64,000 nucleotides of DNA from Lama glama (GCA_028534125.1 CM052817.1:22632001-22696000), one strand, 5' to 3'. Shown: positions 27,000-39,400, numbered from the stretch's first letter. Numbers and translations: made by a program. The notes: generated from the sequence alone by a model not told the origin.

Positions 27000-28470
27000 G
27001 AAAGCCACTGTAGTTCTTCAGAGCCCCACCACCAGGAATTGGAGGATGTTGGAAAGACTGGCTAGAGAAATGAAGGCACCCTAAAGCATGTTCGTTTGTA
27101 ATGATCTCTTTTCCAATGTCCTGGATCTTTGCAATAATAGCAGAAATTAGGAAGTTTGTGGCTTCCTTTGGGGGAGTACTTAATTTGCTAGCATTGAAGA
27201 TGAAGAATTTTAGTGGTCTTCCCTTTAGGTGACTCATCTAGAGCAAAGAGAGCGCTGACTTGCCAGATTGACTAAATCTGGATGAACAGAGTTTCCCATC
27301 CATTCTAGTCCTTCTCACCAGAAGGGAAAGGTCCCAGTTCAGCCTATTAACAAACATAGAGTTAAAAGCTGCTTCGGAGGAATCAACATCTGAAGGAAGA
27401 CCAGAGTATTCCTTCAAAACAATCTGGAGTTGATTGTTACTGTCATGAACAAGGTTTGTCAGACTTTTGTGTGCAAGCCTGAATTTTTTCCAATCAGCAG
27501 ATTTTGGAAGTGGAACAGGAATTGCTCTGTGAAGTTGCCTCAGAATTTTCCAGGCTGGATCAGATAATCAGTTGACTGGCTGGTCTCCGGGTTGTAATTC
27601 TACAGACCTTTCAGGATTTTCCCAATTAGCAATTTTCATCCTTGCCCTTATCAACAAGCATATGAACCAGTTGATACAAGTCAGAGAAACTAGGATGATA
27701 AGCTTGAACGATTATATTAAATTCCTCAGCAAATCTGTGAGGATCTTCAGTTACGTTGGATAAGTCTTTGACCATGACTTGAAGTTCAGCTTAGTCCAGA
27801 GAATATAAGAAATTACGGATTTAGCTTCTGGATCCTTAGAGGCTTAATTTTAAAGGGACAGCTTCTGATAAGTTCAGAGGGAAAGAGAGTGGGGAGAATT
27901 TCAAAGAAAAAGGGAAGTTCTGGGACAGAATTAGCATGAAGGTCCTGAGGGTACAGAAGAGGTGCAGGCGGTATAGGAGGAAAGGAGACAGACGGCCATG
28001 GAGCGGGAGGGGGAGTCAGACCAGGAGGGGCTGATGGACAGAGACAAGACAGCACCACAGGGGAGCCTGACACAAAGAAACCAAGAAGAGCCTGAGACAC
28101 TGAGAGTCATGCTATCTTCCTTTAATCAACTGTCTGCCTCACTCAACCTTAAAATATTAGTTTACAGAGAGGCAATTTTAGGCACCTGATTTTATTGGGC
28201 CAGCCTCAAAATATCAGTTGAAATAGGATTTCCACTCAGTTCTGGAAATTTTTTGACCTACTGTGGTCCAATTTAGTTTTAAGAAAGTTAAGTTCAGAGA
28301 TTTCAAAAGTTCCCATAACGGCCATTGATATTCTAAATTACTTTTGGTCAGTTTGGTTCATTTAGTTAGAAATGTGCATGAGGAAGGGCCTTGGTTTTTT
28401 TAAAAAAAATCAGCTGGAATCTCTGAAAGGGGGGGGTGCCCTCAAAATATTTAGGTAACTGGAATTCCAT
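27000..28470 (-). pseudogene. gag: ERV gag remnant (MA, proline-rich, CA, NC) with stops and frameshifts
   Basis: ATG at 28470 gives MEFQLPKYFEGTPP...QWPLW. CA segment KDLSNVTEDPHRFAEEFNIIVQAYHPSFSDLYQLVHMLV (~27655-27770). MHR-like IQACTQKSD. Zinc knuckle CYYCKDPGHWKRDH at ~27101-27142, last Cys lost. Confidence 0.88.
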
Positions 28471-29596
28471 TTCTTAGAGGTTTTTCTCTGGCTTAAAAGA
28501 ATGATTTTTAAACAGCTCAGCTGAAATAGCCTGCAACTCAAACAGCTTGCCAGCTAATACCTGTCAGTTCTAAGGAAACAGCGTGGTCCCGAGGAGCCAG
28601 GGTAAAGGCTTTTCAGCCAGAGAGGAGCCGTGTTACAAAGGAATGGGCTGAACTGGCACATTCTCAGTGAAGCAGCCTCTCTTCCTGAAGGAATGGGCTG
28701 ACAGCTTCTTGGCCAGCTTTGATTTAAACAGTGTAACACCAAAATCAGACTAAAGTGCCAAATGAGCGCTCATATTTTGGAACAACACCTTAATCGGAAA
28801 GAATAATATCTTAAAATAGATCCCAAATAAAGCCTGGAGAGGTTCAAATGCAAAGAGGTTGTGATCTCAGGTCCAGGAGAAGGACATACCTTTGAACTCC
28901 AGGGTTGACATGAGAAGCAGCGAGCACAGTGGGCTCAAGGTGGGCACCACGCCTGTTTGCTCATTAGTCCCAGAGCCCTCAGGGGTCTTCTCTCGTCCCC
29001 TCGGGGGCCACTGACACTCTGACCTAAAACAACAGACTGCCAGCTGTTTCTCCCGCAAAGATGGGTTTGTTCAGGATCAGCAGAGAACTGCAGTTTGGGT
29101 TCTACCACCATGAAGAGTCATTTGCAAGTTCCTCCAAAGCAAGAAAAAGAGAACACTTTTGTAGAGGGGAGGAGGAAGCTGGCAGGGCTACGGTAAACGG
29201 AGAGTCCGTGACTTTTCATTAGTCCTTGCCAGGAGAAGAGGGGTCTTTCTTCTTTATCTGAAGTCCTCTGTGTTGGTAGGACAGTAAAGGTCCCCGTTCT
29301 AGTCTCCCAACTCTATTTAACTGAGGTTCTTATTTATTAATTTTCTACATCTTCCATCTATTCTCCTAAGGTCCCATTTCTCTTTCCAAAAAGTCATTGG
29401 CTTGTTTGGTAAGTGCCCTTATTCTTCATCCCTTTCCTCTGCTATGTTAGGTATAGAGACCCCAAATTCTAACCACCCTCTTGGAGCGACATCTCTGAGT
29501 GCTGTCATAAGTGTGCGTAATACACATACTAATAAACTTGTTAGTGTTTTCCTCTTGTTAATCTGTATTTTGTTAGTCTAATTTATACAGCCCCAG

Positions 29597-29696
29597 NNNN
29601 NNNNNNNNNNNNNNNNNNNNNNNNNNNNNNNNNNNNNNNNNNNNNNNNNNNNNNNNNNNNNNNNNNNNNNNNNNNNNNNNNNNNNNNNNNNNNNNN
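29597..29696. other. Assembly gap (100 N)
   Basis: Run of 100 n, flanked on both sides by TACAGCCCCAG. Confidence 0.99.
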
Positions 29697-29764
29697 TACA
29701 GCCCCAGACAATGAACCTAAGATGGGTAGAAGGAAAAGATTTTTCTTTTTCTCCCCTACACTTG

Positions 29765-30032
29765 CATAACTTTCTTAATCATTTCGTTTAGGGTTTTCAT
29801 CAATGTTACTCTAGCAGAGAAATCTTTCTAATCATCAAAATACATCACTCCAGCCTCTGTGTTAATTTACACTTTTTTTTTTACTTCATAGTAGGTATTC
29901 ATATATGTATAGTAATTAAATAATTAACTAATTTAATCAAATTTTAACAGCATCGTTTCCCATTTTTGTGATTACGTAGAATGACTCCTGTTACATGGTA
30001 GATACTTAAAAAAATTGTTGAGTAAATAAATA
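29765..30032 (+). mobile_element. L2 3' part
   Basis: aatgttactctagcagagaaatctttcta...cctgttacatggtagatacttaaaaaaattgttgagtaaataaat. Confidence 0.6.
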
Positions 30033-31379
30033 CAAAATAAGTGGTCAATTGGACCATAAATGGGGTCAACCCCAGGTAATATAAAAAGTGTCATAGTGTA
30101 ATATTTTATAATTCACTTATCTATGTAGTTTCTTGTATCTGGAATGTACCCCTTTTGAATATTTTGCCTTTCTGTATTTTACAGTCTTTAAGATCCATTT
30201 CAATGATCACTTTTATGAAATATTTTAGTTATTATAAATTGATGTTACATCTTCCTATTGGCATTCACAAGTTCTATAAACATATTTCTGCTTAAGTATA
30301 TATACTCAGTCTTATATTAGAGTCGTTGCTTGTCTTTTGGCTTCAATGACACTATGAAATTATAAACTCCTTGAAGGCCAGCTGCACTGTGTTATATACT
30401 CCTGAAAATTGTCCATAGTGGCCTTAATAGGAATTTGACCATAGTTTTTGCACTGAATTGGACTGACTGTCTCTGGAGAAATAGAACTTTTTGTTTTTCT
30501 CAATCTTCCTGTAAAAAGCTCTACCCTCTTAATCCACTGAAACTATAAATGCAGAGAATGTGTACTTTCTATTCTCTTATAAACATTTCACATATCATGA
30601 GAATCATATCTGTCCCCATTTTTTTAGTTAATTGTTCTGATTTAAAAGACTAATAATACAACTTTCTTATAGTCCCCAGATAGTCAAATGGTGACAGCTT
30701 AAGTTTCGTCCTAGTTCTGAGAATACAGCATTCCCTCCCTAGGAATTTACACGCCAAAGTCGAAAATAAGTTCAGGTCAGAAAAGTTTTCTGGAGAGGGC
30801 TGGAGTAAGAAGGAAAGCCTTTCAGGAGCAGAACTAGACAGATGTCTTTTCTGCTTTATAAGAAGAAAAAAAAATTTTTTTCCCCTTTTTTCTCACCTCT
30901 GGAGTGTCTGGATACTCATGTAGAAAAAACTCCCATCAGCTCTGTCCACATCACACTGAGGATGAAGAGTGGGACAAGGGGGTGGATGGGGGCAGCACAC
31001 TCTGCCCTATGAAATAATAAGATATCTCTGACCCAGAAAACATATCAAATGTTCTTTGTTTTCTTTCCCTTGTACAGTCTATTTCCTGATATAATTAATT
31101 TCTTTATTGATTAACTATGATCTTATAACTCGGTCAGCAGGGAGGTATAATTGGGAAGAATTAGCAGTCACTGGAGAGCCATTTTTGAAGACAAGTGAAA
31201 AATCTCTACTATCTATATAGTATGTATGTTGGACATTAACAATCTTCATGTGGTTATATTTTAGGAAATTAAAATTGGAAGCAATTAAAAATAAAATATT
31301 GACTCATATTGTTCATTCATTATGTGCTTCTGTGATCCCTGAAAGACTCAGCAGTGCTCTGACAATGAATACAATCATA

Positions 31380-31505
31380 GAAATGCTTCCATTAAATGCT
31401 TTAATCACTTCCCTTCTTGACTATTGCAATTACCTCCTTTATTGTCTTCTTAAATTCTTACTGTCTGAGCATCAGGGGGTCCAAAATGTTGCAGAAAAGA
31501 ATTGT
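31380..31505 (+). mobile_element. Ancient L2/CR1-clade ORF2 remnant
   Basis: Frame reads ALITSLLDYCNYLLYCL...QGVQNVA, resembling the L2 post-RT motif (LV.SRLDYCNSLL.GL...LQ.IQNAA). Confidence 0.6.
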
Positions 31506-32523
31506 ACTTTTTCTAATTCCAGCACATGAAATAATAGGCATTCTTACGCTTGTATCCTCTCATTAATTCAGTGACAAAACTTGAAATTAAAGTTATCTCA
31601 CTATGTGACTTAAAGAAGCAACTCCTTTGAAGAGAAATTAGGGGGGTAAAATCAAAAGATTGAGAAAATATAGAAGAGGCATAGTACCAAGGAGTTAAGT
31701 GAACAAATATAAAAAATAAGAAAAAAGAAAGAAATGAAAACTTAAAAGATGAGAAGAGACAAATGTACAGAGGTCTATACTAGAAATAAACAAAAGGGAA
31801 ACTGCAATTTTAAAGATAAAGCTGGAATATCATTGTCTTCAGCATAGTCTTATACCAGAATTTGTTTCAAAAAATAATAATTTGTAAGAAAACTAAAAAG
31901 AAACATTAGAGGAAATGTGTAAGGTATTTAAGGTATGACATTTAACATACATTTACAATGTACTTAATATTTATTTGTAAAAGATTCATCAGTATTTGTG
32001 AGCCCCAGTTTAGCAAAGTCTGTATAGTTACAAAAATATGTTAAATATTTAGAGGATAATCTTTATCTTTTGATTTTTGAGGACATAGAGAACAATAGTG
32101 AACTCTGACCCAACAACTTAATTCTCTAATATTCTTTTTGATTCCATTCCTCACTTACTTTCTCTAACTTTTAATTTCTCAAAGTACAAATTAAATATAA
32201 TGCTAATGTGAGTCCTTATCTTGTGTTCAATAATATTTTATTCTTAGCATAAAGTGTAAAAACTGAAGTTAGAAGTATATGATTTTAAAGTTTCCTTGTG
32301 AATTTTTAATGTGCATATTTAATATTTGGCACTGCTTAATTTGTTTGATTTTTAAAATTATGAATACCCTTCACTTCTGCCATTTTTTCCCAATAAGCTA
32401 TGTTTAATTGAATATACTTTTAAATCAAAACTGAGTTCTATTTTTTTCATACTATACCTTCAAACAGTAAGATAAGTGATGTAAACTTTTCAGTGTAAAT
32501 CCAATGTAGTTATTCTAAAATGT

Positions 32524-33003
32524 TGTTGGCAATCAGAGCAGGCCACCTCAAAATATACAAAAGTGGCATATTGATTATTTTGAATTACAGTTACTTGAGA
32601 AACAGCCAGTGCAGGAAGAACCCTCTGACCCTCCTCTGAAAACAAGAAAAAAAAAATTCCCATGTGAAAGGTACCCTACCTGCAGCAGGAGGTAGAAAGT
32701 GAGACTTGCCAGAGACCGGGAATTCAAGGCTTAGAGGCTTTGTAAACAAATTCTGCTTAAATGTTTCACTCATTAGCACCCAAGCTCAAGTGTCTTTGTT
32801 AATTCTTCACGGATGATTGTTTCTTTGTCTGGAAGGTGTAAAAGCTGCCTGCTTTGGTCACTTCTTTGGTACCATATCTGTGAGACCTCCATATGTACAA
32901 AATTAAATTTGATATTCTTCCATTAATATGTCTTATGTCAATTTAATTATTAGACCAGCCAAAAGAACCCAGAAGAGTAAAGGAAAGTTTTCCCTCCCTG
33001 ACC
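32524..33003 (+). mobile_element. ERV1 solo LTR (MER34-like)
   Basis: gccacctcaaaatatac...tggcatattgattattttga...ttgagaaacagc; ATTAAA signal; end gtcaatttaattattagaccagcc...ggaaagttttccctccc. Confidence 0.85.
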
Positions 33004-34219
33004 ATGATTCACATTTAATTATCTCATTGAAATTTATCTGTGGTTAGCAATTGCTCTGTGCTTATATGTATATCCTTGTCATCTGTCGCTTTAGTTTATT
33101 TATTAATTTTTCAGCTTTAGCAAATATTTAGAAATAAAATTTACTCCAATTTTCTCTTTTCCATCTTTTCCAATTACTTGGAAGATGGGTAATTTGTCTT
33201 TACTATACTCTGTGTGTATATTTATGTGCATGTATATATATATAATCACACATAATTGAGAATTTGCATTTAGGAAATCATTCTTAATGGAATTCCTTAT
33301 GATACAAGAATAGGGTTTTGAAAAGCTAAGTGGGCGTTTCAGGACCCTTTTGGCTTTAATAATCTCAAGGAACATTGGTTGCATCCTTTATTCTCTGTTG
33401 TCTTGTAAATTACTCAAATTGGCCTTGGGCCATCTGAGGTGGGGAAAAGGCCCAGCATGATGATCTCCAGCCTGGAGCTATTCATTATTCATTTAATTAT
33501 TAATACTTCATATGTAAAGTCTACTTCATTGAGGGGGGAAAACACTGAGAAGACAAACATCTTATAAACTTGTAGTATATGTAAAAGCACTGCCAGTAAT
33601 TCATTGCATTACTATGGACCGGGTGTGGGAGTCAGAAAAAAAAAATGTCTAAAATAATCATTTAGACATTTGTGGTTGGGCAGGTTTTCACTTGGCCTTC
33701 CAGATAACAGCACGATTCTTGTTCAAAATCTATCATTGTTCTCAGCTACATGTCACTGACTGGCAGTAATAAAAGATGCCACACAATATGGCTTGTGTCA
33801 CTTTGTGCAAACCAATTTGTGGTCAAAGGAGAGTCACAAAGCATCCAGCTGGAATATAATTACTTACTGATGATTATATAAAGAGTCAGTGAAGGCTGTG
33901 TCTATGCAACCCGAAGAGAAATGAAGATTTTATACTTAAGCTTATTAGATTGATGTGAGGAATAAAGAAAGCCCAAACCAAATTGCTTTGAGTAGAATTT
34001 TCTTCTTAGCAATTATCTAGTTTACTTGACCCATGCTCTATTGTACAGTGTGCTCTGCCAACCAATCTTGTATCTATGTATAAAAAATCTGGAGAGGTTA
34101 TTTGTACTGACTGACCCAGACACTACTTCTGATTTAAGACAGATGAGCAGAATATCTGGGAATTCACTTACACATTACTATATTATTGTATTCAAAAATA
34201 GATATTGAGTGAATAGATA

Positions 34220-34272
34220 TTGTGTGTGTGTATATTTAGGTGTGTGTGTGTATATATATATATATATGTATA
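34220..34272. repeat. (TG)n(TA)n microsatellite
   Basis: Directly visible. Confidence 0.85.
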
Positions 34273-35484
34273 TCAATCATATGTGCTGTCCTTGTTTTAA
34301 GTATTAGAATATGGGATAAACAAAACTGAAAAACTTCCTGTGTGTAGAAGCTTATTATTCATACCAGAATAATATGAATAATAATGAGATAGTCAAGGTA
34401 CTGTAGGAAGAGGCAAAACCAAAACATTTTAGAAAGAAATGTTTTCTAATCTAGTGTGGACAAGATTTCAATGTAAATTAATATAATGATAAATATATAC
34501 TTTGATCGACACATCTACTCTGGTAATACACACCATTACTCTTTTTGGCTTTACTTATCAAAATTTCCATTATTTTCTTGGGTTAGAGGGTCAACATTTC
34601 TGACTTAGGTTGATATAGTCACATATTATGGATCTAAATCACTAATAGCCATTTGTTTGAGATAGACACCGACCAATTCTAGGAAAAATGTATCAGTTTT
34701 CACTATGGCGACAGGTAGATCAGGGAGAGAGAAGCACAGCCCTTCCCACATGGAAGGGGAGAAAAGCAGGCCGAGGGGAGCAGGCAGGGTGGCGGGTAGT
34801 AACCCAGAGCAATACTCATTCCAATGATACTGAGAAAGGTCTAGGGTTTTACGTAAAGGGTGGCGGTGGGGGGGGAGTCCTATTTTTGAACACAGTTTTT
34901 GGAAGATGCTGGACTAAAATAGAGGACAAAATCTTTTTAATTACAAAATGTACAATACAGATCTCATATCATTTACTATAGGCTAAACAATGCACATTCT
35001 GAATTTCCAAATGACTACATACTACACACAGCTTCCTAAACTGCTACTCAGTACAACTTACTGTGCTAAATGCTAAGCAATTCAGGATTCCCTATTTGTC
35101 CTCATTTATGAGCCTGCTCTGGGATTTAAATCAGTCTTCCCGCAGGTCGCTAACTGTTGGAGAAGCTGAATCTGGTCTGCCCTCAATTGCTGTTGAGATT
35201 TTGAAACATGTGACAACCTCCTGCCTCCATGGCCGTTGACCACATGCGCAGACACAAGCAACCACATTCAAACAGTGTCTCTGCTTTCCTGCTCAGAACG
35301 ACGTCTTCATTCTTGTGAGTACATAGAGTTGATAAAACTAATCAACCAAGTGCACAAAGAAATAAAAAAAATTTTGAAAAATAAGCTGTAAAGAGAATTA
35401 ATATAGGTGTTGTGACAGAGTGTCTTTAGATTAGGTGTCATTCTCTTCTTAAGGAATAACTTGGGGATCAGGGAGGATCAGGCA

Positions 35485-35850
35485 GGGTTGACCCAGGCAC
35501 ACAGAAACCACAGCTGCTATTTTTAACAGAAAGACTTTGATCAAAGGGATTGTTTAACAAGCATTGATGAGTGGCGAAATCAGAAAGGCAGCATAGAGCT
35601 AACAGAATTTAATTTCAGGAAGCAACTCACATCCTTAAGGCCAGCGGAAACAAGGAGAAAGTCAGAACGGTCAGAATAATCTAGCAGCTTGGAGAAGGGA
35701 ACCTGGGGAGGCTGACAGTTTACTGAGGAGCAAGCACTGCGCAGCTGGTGTTGGTACCACAGAAACTTAGAGGCAGGGACCCTCAGGGCTGGGACTTGTT
35801 CCTCTGGGCAGACGGTGTTATCTTGCTGCTGCTAGCGCCTCCGAGCAGAG
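35485..35850 (-). mobile_element. Old LTR fragment (LTR78-like)
   Basis: cagggttgacccaggcacacagaaaccacagctgctatttttaacaga...aagggattgttta resembles an antisense LTR78 end. Confidence 0.5.
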
Positions 35851-36345
35851 TGTTCTCTCTTCCTGTCTAACCAAGTTCACAAAGGTGGTGGCTTGAAACA
35901 ACATTAAAACAGCATCCTCTTTTCTCCCCTCCCCTCCCCACAGTCCTGTAAGTCAGAAATCTGAGCAGGCTGGGCTGCATTTTAGGCTCAGTGTCTCACA
36001 AGGACAAAGACAAAATATTGTCCAGCTCGGCTCTTATCTGGAGGTGCTGGGAAAGAATCACCTCTAAGCTCATGCAGGTTGTTGGCAGAACACAGTTACT
36101 GTAGCTATGGGTCTGTTTTCTTGCTGGTTGTCAAGTAGGAACTGCCTTTAGGTTTTGATGCCCCCTGCATTCCTAGTTGCTTGTCCCTCCCAATCTTCAA
36201 AATTCCCTGCTTGTAAGGAATCCTTCAATTAGATTAGGCCCACACAGACAGTCTCCTCTTTCTAAAGTCAACTTTGTCATACAACATAGCACAATCTCAG
36301 AAGTTTCAAGACCTTATGAATGTGGGTGTGCATAATCTTGGGGAC
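35851..36345 (-). mobile_element. MaLR LTR (MLT1E-like)
   Basis: gtggcttgaaacaaca...gtcagaaatctgagcagg...gctcatgcaggttgttggcagaa...ttagattaggcccac. Confidence 0.8.
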
Positions 36346-36702
36346 TGTATTTTCAAGAACTGTGTCACAAAGTACCAAAAACTGGGTGATTTAGAACAGC
36401 AGACATTTATTCTTTCACAGTTCAGGAGGCTAGAAGTCCAAAGCTGAGGTGTTGGCAAGATTGGTTCCTTTTGGAAGGCTCAGAGGGAGAGTCTGTTACA
36501 TAGCTTTTTTATTTTCTGGTGCTTCTGGAAATCCTTGGTGTTGCTTGGTTTGCAGCTGCATGAACACAGATTCTGCCATTGTAATCAAATAGACATCTTT
36601 CCTCTGTGTGTGTGTGTCTTCACACGGTGGTCTCCTCTCTGTATGTGTCTAACGCTGTATTTTTTCTCCTCTTATAAGAATACTAGTCAAATTGGCTTAA
36701 GG
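36346..36702 (-). mobile_element. MaLR LTR (MLT1B/C-like), truncated
   Basis: acaaagtaccaaaaactgggtgatttagaacagcagacatttattctttcacagttcaggaggctagaagtcc...cttataagaatactagtca. Confidence 0.85.
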
Positions 36703-37070
36703 TCTTTAAGATGTAAATTGTCAGAAATATCTTTCTAAAGGAGTTGGGGGCCATCCTTTGAAATGTAGTCATCAAAGAAGATAGACCCTTCATCTTTCAG
36801 TCTCTGTGGGAGGGTAGGAACCTAACAGCTTTGATAAGCTACAATTAGCAAACACAGATGGTCTAATCACACTGACCGTTCTCCCCACTAATGTCCTCCC
36901 GGATTTTTCCATTAGGTTATCCCAGCATTTAAAAATCCCCCTGCTTTTTGCTTCAGAAGAGTTGAATGCAGTCTTTCTCTTCTGTTTCAATAGTTTTGAG
37001 TCCTATTGCAACAGTCTTTGAATAAAATCCTTCCTGTCTGTTTAACAGGTCCAGTGCAATTTTCTTCAAC
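36703..37070 (+). mobile_element. ERV1 LTR 3' part (MER67/MER90-like)
   Basis: cctttgaaatgtagtcatcaa...gtctctgtgggagggtaggaacctaac...attagcaaacacagatgg; AATAAA at 37021; ends CAACA. Confidence 0.75.
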
Positions 37071-37074
37071 ACTA

Positions 37075-37490
37075 TAGATGAAGAGATGTGATTAAACCTG
37101 GAATATTGTTTGGAGTTAGAGTTGCCAATAAATTAGATACGGGAGTGAATTACAGGCAGGAATAAAAGCTATAACCTAGATTGCTAAATGGCACAACTGG
37201 GTCAATGGTTGTCCATTTACTGTAATAAATACAACTTAAGGAGTAAATTTAGACAGATAATTAGCAGTTCTCCGTTGCCTATTTTGAGATATTTATTAGC
37301 CTTCCAACTGTTTACATCAGATGGCCAAGTAGATACATAAATGTCAATTTATGGGGAGGAGACAGAGATGGTGACCTAATTTTTGAGTTACCAGAATAGA
37401 GATGATATTGTAGCCTAGAGGTTACATAAAGTCATCTAGGAAGAACGATTAGATAAAGTTACAATAAGACAGAATACCTGGGGTATTCCT
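37075..37490 (-). mobile_element. L2 body fragment
   Basis: gcacaactgggtcaatggttgtccatttactg...attttgagatatttattagccttccaa is typical antisense L2. Confidence 0.65.
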
Positions 37491-39249
37491 TACAGCCAAG
37501 GATTCTTAAATAGAAGCCATGTCTTTAACATGGTCAGCAACAGTTCCCTCAAGTAGTCCAGAAGGATTCTGTAACAGTTTACACAGAAGTTTGCACTCGG
37601 TCTATATCCCCATTTATACTATCTTTATTCAACGCCTAGAAATGTGCCTTGGTCACAGAAACCCAGAATGAAGTGAGGAGCTTACACCTCTTTGATTTGT
37701 CCTGCTTTTAATTCATATTTGGGATAGAATATTTTAGTTTTTATCTAGTTTATTTTCACATTAAAATGTCCAATAGCTAATGATAACGAACACTTCTATT
37801 CTAGATATTTAGATGCATCAGTGTTACATCAGTCCTTTGTTTTATCAATAAGTCTTTGAAAGAAGTGTTTCAATACAGCTCAGTCCCTGAAGGAGTTTGA
37901 TTTGAAAGGTAGGAGGTTGAGAAAGGGAATCGGCAGTTAAAGGGGCTCTTCAGCACAAACCAGCCCTAAGAGATACAGCGTTACTAAGTCATTAAAATAG
38001 TAATAAACAGGGAAAGTGTAGATCAGACACATGGGACATTTATCAAGAAGTAAAAAGCTTATACGTGTTCTCAGAAAGATAGGTGGGAGGAAAAATCAGC
38101 AGAACAAAGTCTCTCTCTGAGGATTTCATGCAAGTGGACCACACAGACACCGGCACTTTGCTGCCCCTGGGAGAGGTAAAAGGCAAGCTTTGTCTGTCAG
38201 CAGGAGACTGCTGTCAGCCTCTGTCTCCAAGCTCTTCTTTGTTTTAACATCCTAAGCTCAACTGACAGCACTCACCCCCGCTGTCCACCTCCTCAGTTCC
38301 TGTTCATGCTCTGTTGAGTGTTTCTGAACAAACTAAACTTTAGGCTGGACTCCTTAGAGTAAATTGGTTCTCTGCCTCTTGGTTCAGTGAATATCCTTTC
38401 CAAATGATAGTATTCCCAGTAATCCAACAGAAAACAACATCAGCAACTTACTAAACTTCCAGCACACTGGAAGTGTTTCATGCTTTATTCTTGCAGAGAT
38501 TTTGATAGTCAGTGTATTCGTGTCCAAGGATTTTGAACATCTTTCTTAGCCTCCCAATCCTCACTATTCACTATTTCTTTCCAAAGGTAATTTGGCTAGA
38601 GACAGCCATCTTTTCACTCTGTCCTTACATGGCACATGGCACCATTATATATCACCTCTGCATTTCCTAGTTTGACTGCAGAACCACGAATACGTTCACA
38701 GCATTCTATTCTTCTAAATTTATACTAATTTCTGAAATGCCCAATTATTCCAAATATATTAAGTATATTTACTTATCTTTTATATAATTGTACATGTTTC
38801 GAGGTTAAAAACTGTCTTTATTCACTCAAAATAATTTATGTAAGTACCTAATATATATCCCAGACTATGGGTAAATAGGACAGTTGAGTTCAATGGCTAT
38901 TAAAAATGCTGAAACATAGCATCTCTTTAAATACACAAAGTAGCAGCGGATCTTTTCTATTCCAGCAAAGGGACAATAATTGCCATGAATAGGAAGGTCA
39001 GAAAAGTTAACCCTTGTTGTAGGGGGCCCATGTCCTCTTCATGCTTAGAAGGCTGGAAGCTTAAAATCAATTTCTGTAACAAAGCAAGTCAGTGCTTTCT
39101 TAGTCCTACTGTGACAATCAAAATACATTTACTGCGGTACATGCAGCTTCTATTTTCATATGGAAAAAAAACAGAAATAGTAGAAAGAGGGGAAGACAAT
39201 TCTAGGAGAAAGATATTCAACTAACATGCATGAAAATCAGAATTAAGGA

Positions 39250-39400
39250 TAGTGGTAGAGTAATTTCATGAATGGCCCTAATTAATTACCTCCCTGTATC
39301 TCTTACCTTTGCCCTAAGAATGTGTAGTCCCTTCGCAATCTGACACTGGCCCTAGTCATGAGATTCATTTTGTTCAAAAGGTGTTAGCATACATGACATG
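39250..39400 (+). mobile_element. MaLR LTR 5' fragment (MLT1G/H-like)
   Basis: aatggccctaatt...cctccctgtatc...cctttgcc...tagtcatgagattcattttgttcaaaagg. Confidence 0.6.

Larger units (their letters stand above)
24824..29349 (-). mobile_element. Internally deleted ERV1 provirus: 5' LTR ~29017-29349, leader, gag, pro, RT start, PPT, 3' LTR 24824-26141
   Basis: Two homologous direct LTRs (gcaaagatgggttt.ttcaggatcag.agagaa.tgca.tt.ggg; ctcccaact...ttatttattaattt). A minus-strand polypurine tract AAAAGGGAGAAA lies at ~26142-26153. Retroviral protein motifs lie between the LTRs. Confidence 0.92.
24597..29760 (+). mobile_element. MER34-like ERV1 solo LTR split into 24597-24823 and 29350-29760 by an inserted provirus
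   Basis: Starts TGAAGGGGATCAG, ends CCCCTACA, AATAAA at ~29531. A perfect 4-bp TSD CTTG lies at 24593-24596 and 29761-29764. Confidence 0.88.

Noticed and set aside
26929..28100. ORF-track proteins 26929-27237 and 27813-28100 as host genes or a domesticated gag
   Set aside because: They are off-frame or partial reads of a decayed gag with multiple stops, frameshifts and a broken zinc knuckle.
34650..34920. G-rich block as an LTR or promoter
   Set aside because: No clear termini, TSD, poly-A signal or CpG-island density.
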